Below, piece by piece: positions 35,469 through 47,831 of a stretch of DNA of 64,000 bases. Numbering within the stretch: position 1 is the stretch's first letter; every line of letters starts with the position of its first letter. A program made the position numbers and the translations under genes. The stretch covers positions 26,033 to 90,032 of the forward strand of contig MQRK01211181.1 of NCBI GenBank assembly GCA_001938485.1, given 5' to 3'. Under the pieces are notes generated by a model. It did no database searches. It worked only from the letters and a program-made list of their open reading frames with translations, and was not told the DNA's origin. This DNA comes from Girardia tigrina. Lineage: Eukaryota.

Positions 35469-37482
35469 TAAGTTCCTATATATTCTCATTTACACACGGC
35501 TTCTGATAACAAATTTAGGATCATAATTGAAATAAAAGTGATTGTAATATTGCTCAACATTAATTAATTTAAAGTTTATATAAATAAAATATAAGAGTTT
35601 GCGTTCATAATTTAATATTTACTGGGACAAGGTGATGTTGGAAGAATTGGTGATCAAACAATGATCTTTAATCCTAAAATCGACATCTTTAACTTTATTG
35701 AAAGTATTTTTATGATTACATTTGATCCAAAGACATTAATAATAAGTAATTAGGAATTCTGTTTTTGTCTATTAAAAACAATTTTCCATCACTATTTACA
35801 TATTTATAATAGTTATTTATTATTTTTTTTAATTTTTTAACTTTACCCTTTGATCATAATTATTTTTATAAAAATCGAATGCACAATATGAATTCTTTAT
35901 ACAAATCTTATTTACTCAGTTAATATTAGATCTCAAGTTATTGATATTAGTGTAGTGCCCACATTTACCGATCAAACTGTCCTAAACGGCAGAAACCACT
36001 CACAACGTATTTTAGCAGAATATAAATTTCTCTATTCAATGCTCGTGATGTGTCGCTCATGCAGAAATGAAAATCAATTAATCGATCATAAAAATTAATT
36101 AACTAAATATTAATCGATGTTTATATAGAAAATATATCAAATTAAAAAAACATTGTTTTTTAAATATTGTTGATTTTTGTTTTTTTACATTCCTTACGAT
36201 TCTTATGTTTATGTTTCATCGGATTTAATTTATATAATAATACTTGATAGTTGAGGTGAAGTTCCTACTGAAAAGGTCGATCGACAGGTCATATCCAACT
36301 TCATCACTTACAAAAAGTAATTTGAAAATAAAGACGGAAACACTGAAGTAGGACAAAAGTTTCATTTATGGTAAAGAATCTTGATTTGATACTTGAATCA
36401 CACAATCATTACCGAAAGATTCAGTTTTGTGAAAAAAGCCTCATAAGAAATATTAATGGAAAGCTAATACAAAAATAAACTAAAGATTGTGAAAATGGCG
36501 AAATCAAGAGGACATGTAGTATTCAGTTTTATATAAATGGATTAATAAAAAACTTAACATTGATCTGAAAGTACTAATAAAATATTTCTTATTTTTTATC
36601 TTGTATAATTTAAATACTGACATATTTTCCTTAACAGAAATATAATGTCAGACTATTTATAATTGTAGAATCACTCAATTGTGACTCCTTTTTCTGAATT
36701 ATCTGAGTTCTCTCTTCTGAGTTTTCTTCTTTCATTAAAGTCGAACGGAGATTATTATTAGAAATTATTAATATTCTTTGTCGCGATCGGTGAATATTAA
36801 AAAGATTTAAAAATGAGAATTATTCTCAAATAACAATAATCCGTACACTCTGCGTAGTCTAAATGATACGTTATTAATAACGTATTAATATTCAAAATCT
36901 TTTAAAAATAATTTTCATTATTTTTCAATATTAATTGATAAATAAATATCAAAATTATGCATAAAAAAATATATATCCTAGTTTGATAAAGGAAATTAAG
37001 CCAATAAATTTTTGAATTTTTATGTATATTAGCATCGAAGGATAGACCATCGTCGTCACAACAGAGGATAATTAAAAATAATTCTACTTATATAGTGCAG
37101 TTAATGAATATGTAATCAATACATCACTAACTCATAATTTAAAACATTCAATAAAGTTGTAAACGTTAATTTTTAGAATCTAAAAATATTATAAACATAG
37201 ATTCTTCATATATCTCTCTCTTCAAATAATTCTTACGACATTGACGGACGTTTGTGTCTATAGACGTCAAAGCGAAGTTCACTATGTGAAATGATGGCAA
37301 TTGCATGCACAATGTAACTGTTGTTTTTAGATACTACAGCTATAGTGGCACAAATGTTCATTTACCGGTTATATCAGCAACATAATTAAATGTGCTGAAT
37401 TACTCAAAATTAAGTAAGAAAGAGTAGAACTATACGTCTGATATTCTAAAAATTACAAAACCATAAAGAGTTAATTTTCGAA

Positions 37483-38900
37483 TTTTTTTTTGTCAGTGAG
37501 CAAAGTGCCCCGTTGGAACTATATTCATTTGCAACATGTTTCGAACCGTACCCGTCCTCAACATGTGCCCTGATTTTCACAGGGGTTCTTTTCTCGCGGC
37601 CTCCCCACGTACCCTTCAATTGGGTGATCGTTTCTGCCGAGTCCGACACTTTCACTCATTCCCTATCAACTCATCATCGGAGGAAATCTCTTCCTCCCAT
37701 GATGAGTTGTTTTCATCCTCAGATGAATCTCCAACCCGCCTCCTATATGGGAGACTTCTTCATCTTCGGATGATTCATGGCCTTGGAGTTCATCCTCTTC
37801 AGCCCCCTGTTGCGTTCTAATTCTATAATTGTATGATTGTAAGAGTGCAACCAGTATGGCAGGATCAAGATCCTCTGTCGCCTCCTGTTCCAAATATTCA
37901 AATTCAGTTTCTTCCATCATGAGCAACTATATTTCTTCGACCTTTATTCTTCTTATTATTTTTGTGTCTTGAAGAATCACACCATTTCGGTAATACAACC
38001 ATTGTGCAGCTGAGTATTTTACATTTGATATTGAACAGCCAATGGCAATTTTCCGTATCTCCTTTGGTTGGATCTTTAAGTTTGTCAGGATATTGGTGCT
38101 CCTCTTCGGCCAGGTTCCTATTGCGCCAACCTGGAGAGTGTGCTCCGATACCGTTGTCTCAGGCATAGCCCGACGGCATATCACCGCCAAGTTCTCGTAG
38201 TGATCAAGATTCCTGACATTGCTATTTTCTATATTCTTTTTTTGTGTCATAAGGACACTTTATATATATTAAATACAAGTGATTCGACCCTGGTACATAA
38301 ACTTCTTTATCAACTGGGTCTCTCAAAGGTGCATATTGACACTCAAAATCTATGTGCACTGTGCAATCACGATACTGAGTTATTTGTTTTCCTATACACC
38401 TGAGGACCGAGTTATGTCTATATTTCTAAAAGCCCTCACTAAACAGACATCCGGTCAACACATGAGCAAGGGTTTCCATATTGTTGCGACACCTAAGACA
38501 GTGACCCCTGTTTTTCATACATCCTGGGTGGTAATTCACAGGGACTGTGTAAGACATCGCCTTGTGAAAGAAATATCACTCACTGTAATTCAAGCCCCCC
38601 ATAAACAGCGCCGTGGAAGCTAATTGTAGAAATTAAACTTCTCGCAAAGCGACCAGCACTGCTTTGTTTTTTCCATTTGTGTGTCCATGATTTCTCCACT
38701 AATCTTCTTAGTGCTCTGGACACAATGTCCTTCAGAAGGGATGTGAGCAGTATATTCTCGTCCTTATCATCCCTTATATTCTCTGTCTTCCCATTCGGAA
38801 GTGTCCTTTCCCATACAAGGGATTGGTGGAAATGGAGACTCAATCCTTGTTCTTTCTCACATAAATCTGGTGCAGCTTCTTGAACGAATTTTAAAACAAA
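37483..38900 (-). mobile_element. 3' part of an RLE-type (R2/NeSL/R4-like) non-LTR retrotransposon
   Basis: CCHC knuckle CLRCRNNMETLAHVLTGC (about 38448-38503); RLE tail LDHYENL...VGAIGTWPK; GC-rich 3' UTR and A9 tail. Confidence 0.85.
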
Positions 38901-39859
38901 TATCATTTTTTGACATGATTTTTTTACATTATAAAATTATTTTTACATAGAAAGTGTTGTGTACGATTAGTTTTTTTTACAATAAAATATGTTGTTTTTT
39001 TAATGTATGTAGTATTGTAGTAAAATGTTGTGGTACACAACAATCGAATATTGAAATTATAGATTTTATTGCATATATTGGTGTGCGGTAATAATAATAA
39101 CATTTATAATTATAATAACATTTATTATTTATATATTCTCCAAAACATTTCTAGTACCTATGTAACTTTAAATTACCAATAATAGGTTTATTAATAATAA
39201 ATGCCGATGATTATAGTTTTAAAAATATACTTTTACATTCTCTCTGAATAAGTTTTAGTAATTAATAAATAATGAATTTTATTTTATCTCTTGGAGCACG
39301 AACTTGGCTTCATTTTTATATTTTCTCTAAATGCATTTGTCATATTCTGATAAATAATTAATTCATTTTAAAACGTAATTTATATTTTTTTTATTGATCG
39401 AAATTTGCAATAAATAAAAGCACGAAGTTTTCCGCATTCGATAGTTTTAATAAAATATCTTGACTTTATCACAAGAAGGAGTTCTTTATAATTACTTTGG
39501 ATATTTTTTCATCCTTCATTAACGAAAAGAATCAGTGGCTTCATATATCCATTCCGTTGAATGAACAACCTTCGGATAAAATACAGTGACCCTCATGAGA
39601 TGCATTAGAGGTCAAACTTTACCCCTTTTTAGTTTATAACTTAAAAATTATGAGAAAAAGATATTTATAGAAAAATGATTTGCACGAAAAGTGGTAGAAT
39701 TTTGTCATTTACTTCCTTTCATACGTTAAACTCAAATCCTCAATCAAGATTCCTTTTTGTTTTCCGTTTAATTACCTTTAACAATTGGTCAAATTTCAGA
39801 TCTATTCAATAAAGAAAGCTACATTGAATTTATTATACTAGAATCACAATAATTTAACT

Positions 39860-40480
39860 TATTAGGTCGTCAAGTATGAAATTTGTAGAACTAGAATCAA
39901 AGTTTATTGATAATTTACTAATGCAAATATTTATCTCATTCATGAAAATATGGATCCATATTATCGATACACTTTTGTCATTTGAGAGGCAGCTTGTTGA
40001 AGCCATTTGAATAAAAATTTGGTAGGCAAGAATCTATAAATTCCTGGAAGGCGACTTTTACGGCATCTTCGGAATTGATTTTTTTCTTGTCAAAAAGTTT
40101 TTTAAATCGAGGTAGAAATGGTAGTCAGTTTAGGCTAGGTCTGGTGAGCATGTATAATGATGCAGAAGTTCATGTGTCTTAAGTGAATTATATGGTTTTG
40201 CATTGTAGAAGAACAAGATGGTGGTCGACCTGTACACCTAACGAGGCTGTTTTCTTTAAGTTTCCCCATCATATTTTCCAATCGATTACAGTATACATCT
40301 GCTGTGATCGACCAACCAGGTTTCATAAAGTCATAATGTATTACACAGGCGACAGACCACTAAACACTCTCCATCAGCTTCTTTTGATAATTTTTTGCTT
40401 TAGACTAAGGTTTGGCGTTTCTTTGTGTTAACTCAGCTTGCTAAATGTTTGCAATTATCATTTTGAATCCCCTTTTCATG
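39860..40480 (-). mobile_element. Mariner remnant
   Basis: KPGWSITADVYCNRLENM; same family as 44630-45540. Confidence 0.85.
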
Positions 40481-40699
40481 CAGTCAAAACAAATATCACT
40501 ACTACTACTACTATTAGTCCTTATTTGTTTTTGAGAATAAATTATTTTAGAAGATAAAAAAATTATTCTAGAATATAAATGGATTAAACTAGAAGATAAT
40601 TTTTTGAATGAAATCAGCAGGTAAATTTTAATGTTAAAAATCGAAAATTAGAAAAAGGTAAAAATATAACTAAAAAGATAAAATAAATTGTATTACTAT

Positions 40700-40886
40700 T
40701 ATTTTTTATTGGGTTCGTGATTAAAATCCAAAGTCATTATTCATAAACTTTATTTCTAATACAACTTTCATTATTCAAACAAATTTATGAGGATATTTTT
40801 TCAGTTACAGATTTCAGTTACAATATTTCAGTTACATAAACCAGATTTTAAAATTCTAAATATAAATAATAATATCGATATATTAT

Positions 40887-40917
<31 letters not shown>

Positions 40918-41950
40918 TTTATTTTATTCAATTTTGCATAAATCATATTTTGTTTTTGCTTTATTAATTTTTACAATGTTTATTAATTGAAATATAAATT
41001 TAGATCTTTAAAAATATTTTAATGGACATGTCCTGTAAAAATTCAATTCCTATATAATTTTTTCTTTAATTTTAAATCATTATTTTATTTTAATTAGTAG
41101 AACATTATTTTTAATTTATCTCAAATATAAATATGATTTTTAATTTAAAAATATCAAAAATTTACAGTTCACCAAAAAGAACCCCTAAACATTTTTAAAA
41201 AAAATTTTCATCAAAAAGCCATGAACTTAAAAATTTTAAATTACCGGACCAAGACAAAACAGATCCAAACAATAAAGAAGAAGTCAGGAACCTAGAAAAT
41301 TAAGGTTCAAATGACTCAAGTGATGATTCCAGTAAAGAATAATTCATTAAAATCCGAAATCAACAAACAACATCTCAGTCAGTATATAAAAATAGTGCCA
41401 GTTCCAATAATAAGCGTGGAAAATATACAACGTATGAAAAAATAAAAACATTTAGTGACAAAGACGATGCTAAAGACTATGCAATACAAGATAATTTATG
41501 GATGAAATCATATCTACGGGACTGACAAACTGAAGGAATGAAGCAATTCTAAAAATGTGAATTTAAAGCTTCTTGTCGATGCCGAGCAAAAATTTATCAC
41601 CACGGCAAAGAAGGCATTTAAATGTATCAATCAGAGACAAACAAAAATGAGCATGTGAAGCTAAGCAATAGTGGAAAACTGGATAAAATAAAAGAAGCGA
41701 TTCAAGTTATATTTGTGAACTTTCAAAAGTCAGATCAGAAAAACTGGAAAAAAATTTCCTAATAGACAGCTGCATAATTGGATTCAAATACGCAACTTCA
41801 TCCACACAATCAAGAAAAAAGGGATCCAAAACATGCCTTCAAATTACCTAATCCAAAACAAAAAAATCGAACTTGCAAAATTAAAGTCCACAGTATGCAG
41901 CAAATATATAAACACTGTCGCTAGAATGCGCAATTGTTAAATTTTTAAAT
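40700..41950 (+). mobile_element. Decayed element with a WRKY/FLYWCH-like domain (possibly MULE)
   Basis: NLWMKSY...KCEFKASCRCRAKIY...NEH; stops and frameshifts. Confidence 0.4.
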
Positions 41951-43329
41951 TTTTTGAAAAAGGCAAAGATAATCTGGAAGAAGAATCATTTCAAATTTTA
42001 TTTATCGAGAAGCATTTTAAAAATTTAATTGGGACTCAAGGACAAATCAATTTTTCAAATTTTATTTGACAAGAACCATTTTGAATTTTATTTTTTTTGA
42101 GAGTCAAGAAGAAATCAATTTTTATTGAAAGAAGCGTTTAAAATTTTTCGAGAGCGTATTAAAATATTTGAGAAAATTTGATTGAAATCAATTTACGGAT
42201 TAGCTTAACGGGTTATTATAATCATATAACTAAGATTTAATATTTAATTTTCCAAATTAAATTTGATAAAATAATATTTCATTTTTACATATTAAAATCC
42301 TCATCAAACTGAATTTACTAATTGTAGAACTCTGATTAGTGAAAAATCAATCGATATAGGCAATCTTTAATCTTTATTTATTTATATTGTAAAAATTGTA
42401 ATAAAATAAATCTTATTGAAAATAAATCTGATACCTTTTAATTATTGAATTTAATTCATAGTAAATTTTCACGAAATAATTAAACGCTTACAATCAAATT
42501 TTTGGTTTTAACCTTCAATCAATATCTTAATCCAAAGACCTAACATCTCTCGGAAAACCATCTAGAAAGGCAAACCAGAGAAAGGAAAAAAATTTTTGTT
42601 TGGTTTCCGAAAGTTTAAAATACTTCTCCGGAGACCCAACAAACGCAACCAAGATTTCGTATTCATATTCAAATCAATTAAGATGTGTACCAAACAATTC
42701 GAAAACTTTTATTATCAACCTGAGACATTACTAGGGGATGTCGCAGACGAAACGACCCTTGGATTCAAATCAGTATTTCGTGAAACTTTCTCTAAATTTA
42801 TCTTCTGGGATCATTTATTTATCTTCGAATTAATTCATTTATCTACTGTTTTTATTCATGCCTTTCTTTTTTGTATTTTTTCTTTTCGTTAAAAAGTAAA
42901 TATTAAGCTTTAAAATTGGTTAACTCATTTAAATTTCTGATAATGAACTTTTGAGAATGACTAACAGCAAGATTTAGCACAGAAATAAAAATACGTTTAA
43001 CGATAAACCAGAACAAAAATTTTAAAAATTCAGAGGGATAAAATCAATGAAAATGGTGGTTTACTGTGGTAAAGACTTGTAATAAGCTGTTTAATCATAT
43101 TAGATAACAACATATAACTTGTCATCTTCCGACCAAAATTTACCTCACAACGAGCAAACAACTAAGTACTAGATACTGGTTAGTGATGAAATCGGTTAAA
43201 AGATTTATGTCAATCAATTTACCTCTGGGGAAAGTTGACAACACATTACTGAATAGTTTTTTGCAAAGGAACCTGAACTTCATAAAAAACTTCCAATCAA
43301 CAACAAAAGTGATATCAAAGGTAATCGAA

Positions 43330-43562
43330 GGAAAAGAGTACCCGAAAATTCTCTAGTCGTGTATCAAAAGAGTGCAATGCACGTATCCTTCTTGTTTCAA
43401 AGATTTTGCGGAACAGAAGGAACTAAGAAGACACAGCAAAAACGTACATACGGTCACGATGTCGTAGCGATTGAATGGCGACATACCTTTCCAATGTCCC
43501 ATGGAAAATTGTCACAAGGCATATAAAAAGGATGGATGGTTAAAGCGACATTTAAGAAAATT
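43330..43562 (+). mobile_element. Zinc-finger retroelement fragment with two C2H2 fingers
   Basis: CTYPSCFKDFAEQKELRRHSKNVH and PFQCPMENCHKAYKKDGWLKRHL. Confidence 0.7.
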
Positions 43563-43709
43563 GGACCTAAAATTCATCATTTTATTTTTGATTTGAGCCA
43601 AAATATCATCAGTTTTGAAATTTTACCATCCTTTCTCAGCTACGAACGTATTCTTCAATTGAAATTGATTTCCGAATACGATCATCTAACCCTTCTAATC
43701 TTCATTTAA

Positions 43710-43990
43710 CCCGTAACTACTACAATCCTGTTTTCGGTACATTGACACTACAATCAGGTCAAATTGACCGGCAACATAATTCATTCAGTTTTCATTGTTT
43801 TAACAAGTAATTATCAATAATTATAAGCAAAACAAGCCAAATTAGAGCTTGGCTAAGATGGATGATGGTATAACACACAAAATATACCCTTCAAATTATT
43901 AAAAAACATCAAACATTCAAACATATATCATTTATTTTTCACTTATCTAGAGTTAAAAGGTCAAATTGACCGGCTAATAGCAGTTACGGA
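43710..43990. mobile_element. piggyBac-type MITE
   Basis: TTAA on both sides; TIR CCCGTAACTACT / AGCAGTTACGGA; internal GGTCAAATTGACC palindromes. Confidence 0.85.
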
Positions 43991-44629
43991 TTAAAAGAGA
44001 AAATTCAAAAGTTAAAGGAAGGAGAATAACATTTACAGATTGTAGTCATAGAAATATGTGATACATATTTCACTTAAGTGAGTCCAGCCTTTGTTAGTTT
44101 AAGTAAACATTCATAGTTAAAAATTCCAGTTGAGGAAAACAGAAATTTCCTGTGTCTGGAAAATAAGTTGAAACTTGCCGAGTGCGATTGTTTTGTGAGA
44201 TAAAAATATTTCCCCAGGTAAAGCATATATACATAAATCTCTTTTGAAAAAAGAAATAAATAGTTTTATTAGTTTTCACAAATTCCCATTTCTGTGTGAA
44301 AAGTTTGTAGATATCAATAGAAAGGGAAAAAGACATCCTACAAATGAGTCTTATATTTTAGACCAATAAGGAATCTGCGATTTGGTTAACCCGATATTGA
44401 TGATAGACTGGCCAGTATCATTATTTTGAACACTTAATTGTATCTGAAGAAATAAAAAAACTATAATCAAATGAAAGCAAAAACAGAAAATATGAGAAAT
44501 CAAAAAAAAATAGTTTCAATGACATAATTGTGAATTAAACTATTAAAAAGAACTTTAGCGAACCCTGCATGTTTCAAATAATTCAAGATATCATGAAGGT
44601 CTCCAAGAACAGGAACACTTTAACCAAGA

Positions 44630-45540
44630 TTGTATTTCATTCAGTTGAATTTAATATTTCCTAACTTAAACAACATCATGAAAAAGAGGTTTAGTAAACT
44701 TTTTAATGGAGCGCCCAAGAACTCAGGTAAACAACGACGAACTGAAGGTAATCATGGAGTCGGATCCATCACAAAGTGTTCATGATGTATTGCTAACATT
44801 TGGTGTTACAAAGCAAACAATATTGAATGACTTGGCTAAAATTGGTAAATTGAAAATTCGGATTCAACATTAGTTGACTGAAAAGCTGAAATAAAAGTCT
44901 TTGGATGCTTGCTTGATGATGTTTTCTCGTTAAAAATTTTATCACGTTTTAAATTGAATCGTCCCTTGTAAAGAAACATTGATCCCCTTTTATAATTGTA
45001 AACGTTCAGCAAGCTGGGTTTACACGAATAAAGCACCAAACACAGTCTAAAGCATAACATTCATCAAAGAAATCTAATGATGAGTGTTTGGTGGTCGACG
45101 CACGGGTATAATCCATTATGACTTCTTGAAACCTGGTTTGTCGATCACGGCAAATATCTACTGCAATCAATTGAAAGATATGATGCGGAGACTCATAGAA
45201 ATACAGCCGTGTTGGTAAACAGGTCGACGCCCATCTTTCATTACGACAATGCAAAACCCCATACTGCACTTAAGATATTGACAAAACTACAGGAACTTGA
45301 GTTGGAACTTCTAGATGATCCTCCATACTCGCCAAGCCTAACTCAAACTGACTACCATTTCTTCCTCAATTTTAACAACTTTTTGATAGGAAAAAAATTC
45401 TATGCCGAAGAAGTCGTAATAGTTGCTTTCCTGGAATTTAGAGATTCTCAAACACTATGCTGCCGCTCAATCGGCAAAGATGTTACGGTATTATCGATGC
45501 AGACTTTGATGAATGAGATAAATATTTGTATTTAAAATCA
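44630..45540 (+). mobile_element. Mariner (DD34D) transposase remnant
   Basis: VWWSTH, HYDNAKPH, PPYSPSLTQTDYHFF. Confidence 0.9.
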
Positions 45541-45944
45541 TGTGAAATAAAATTCATACACACTGAAAAAAACTAATGTATAATATATTATATATTACAA
45601 AGTTTAAAATAATAATTTATTTTCAACTCAAATATAAATTTTAAATATAAATCTATTTTTGTGTTCTTTTAGCTGAAAAAATAATAATTTCCCCTTGAAA
45701 TCTGAATGTCTAATTAAAAATTTGTTCTCCATTGAAATGACTTCAAGTGCCTTTAGCCTTTCCTGATCGATACTGCTCCTTACATATGTCGTTAAGATTC
45801 AAATGGAGTTTTAAAAATTGCAAGGAAACATTTTAACGAGAAGTGTATATCAACTGAATTATTTCATCGTGTTTTAACTTACCTTAGGATTTCAATATAT
45901 ACATTTATTAAGGCATCATAATAAAAATAATTAATAAGTAATAT

Positions 45945-46400
45945 TATTTAGTTTACCAGTATAAATGTCACAAGTGTGAATCCTGGTACATTGGAGAGAC
46001 AAATCGTCACCTCCGTACTAGAATTGCAGAACATACCCAATCAAGTGGAAAAGCTCAATTTTGGACTACTTAATGAAATGTCATAAAACTCAGGAGGGTA
46101 TATGGTAATGATTTTCAGGTTATAATTAGTAACTTTGATCACAATCATGAAAGTACAATTACTGAAGCACTGTTAATAAAGTTTTGTTTAAACCTAGTTT
46201 AAATATACAAATTGATTCATCCAATCATATTAGAGTATTTTGATGTAACACATTGTGATATAATGGTCATCTTACTATATGAACAAAAAGATTTTACTTA
46301 AATACAGAACTGAAGATGCCGCAAAAGTGGTGAAACATGTTTTCTAATAAAAATTTAAAAATTAAAATGGTGTCATTTTAGTCTAATTTTAAATAAAATA
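45945..46400 (+). mobile_element. Penelope-like element 3' end
   Basis: LVYQYKCHKCESWYIGETNRHLRTRIAEH...TEALLI, followed by a hammerhead. Confidence 0.88.
46306..46345 (+). ncRNA. Minimal type I hammerhead ribozyme
   Basis: AGAA-CTGAAGA-T-GCCGC-aaaa-GTGGT-GAAA-CATG-TT-TTCT. Confidence 0.8.
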
Positions 46401-47579
46401 TATAGTTTCAAGTCAGTTCAGATTTTGGATGAGAAGTTGACGAATTTAATCGAAAACAAAATTATGGATTATCGTAAAGATGATTCAAATTGTGAATGTA
46501 GTAAATTTTCTATCAAATGTGTGAGTTCTCTTACCAAAGAATAGTCTTATACGCACAAATATACGACAGTTAATTAAGTACTTAATGTACGTGCACGAAC
46601 TCAGTTCGGGTATGCAACAGGCACAAATTTGCTATTGCCCGAACCCAGATCGGGCGTTCATATTTTTAATGTTCCGCATTAATTTTGCCTGAATTGAATT
46701 CGTTGTTTGAACTAAACTGTGTATGTTTACTATTGTTGTATATATTTTTGTCATTATCTTGTGATTATATCAATATTATATCAATTTTTATTATATCAAT
46801 TTTTAGCCTTTGACAATGAGTGATGTTGATGAAGACTACGTAAATTTGTCAGAAAGTGGCTACGTTTTTCATAAAATCGAAGACCAAACTAGAAAATCTT
46901 TCAAGAAATTTAACTAAAACCAAAGGTTAGAAATCATTATTTTTTGCATTAAATGTGTATTTTTTTAGTCTTACGTTTAAAATGTTTCAACGTTTTTTAT
47001 TCTAGTCTATACAGAGTATATACAGTTATCTCTTTCTAAAAATAAGTTTTTGCCAGGATAGTTGTAAACAAAATTATTCCTTTGGCTCCGGTTTTTGACC
47101 AAGTATTGTTTTTGTCAAATATTTTTGGATCTATATTTTTTAGTTATTGTAACAAAAAACATAAAAATTTATTTTTAAAAATAAATAATTTTACTCTAAA
47201 ACTTTTTTAATAATATGATGAATGTTCTGAATGGTTTGTTGTTTTATAATTTACATGTTGTGTGCTCATTCGGATTGCGTCTCTCCTACCCAAATTGCTG
47301 ATTGGTATTTTTTTGATTCGTACTATTTGAAAATAATCTAATTTTAATGTGCAAATATTTAAAATACGTTTCAAATGTAATATTTAAATTTTTAAATGTC
47401 ATTGTGGTGCTCCAATAACTGAAAAAAAAACATTATTCACAAATTTTATTCAAATATTTAATTCGCTTGTTTAAATTATATTGTTTAAATAATATTGAAA
47501 ATAGATCTACACAAATTTGAATTAATAAATAATTAATTGTAATTCTATCGCGTTGTCCTCATTATCGAAGTTAAATTTT

Positions 47580-47831
47580 TATCATTATTCGTTTGACGAT
47601 CTCTTTCGAATCTGGATTCGTCCCGACACATCGACCGACTATATTTCGTCTCACTCGGAATTATCAATGACGAATCAAAACATGTTCTGAAACCTGCTGG
47701 CCCGACGGGCCCCCACTATCCAGGTGCGATCGAGAGATCCGACCGACTTTCAGAGGACGGGTCAACGACTGAGCAGGGTACTCTATCAGAAGAGACCATG
47801 AAAATAAAGCTGTCGGGAGTGGGATCGAACC
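47580..47831 (-). mobile_element. SINE-like element: truncated tRNA-like head, GC-rich body, degenerate hammerhead, A-rich end
   Basis: Minus strand begins GGTTCGATCCCACTCCCGACA (B box and tRNA-Leu-like 3' end); GATTCGTC/GACGAATC stem at 47615-47676. Confidence 0.55.

Noticed and set aside
37030-37062. Very degenerate hammerhead-like string on the minus strand
   Set aside because: C3 and GAAA both lost; too decayed to call.
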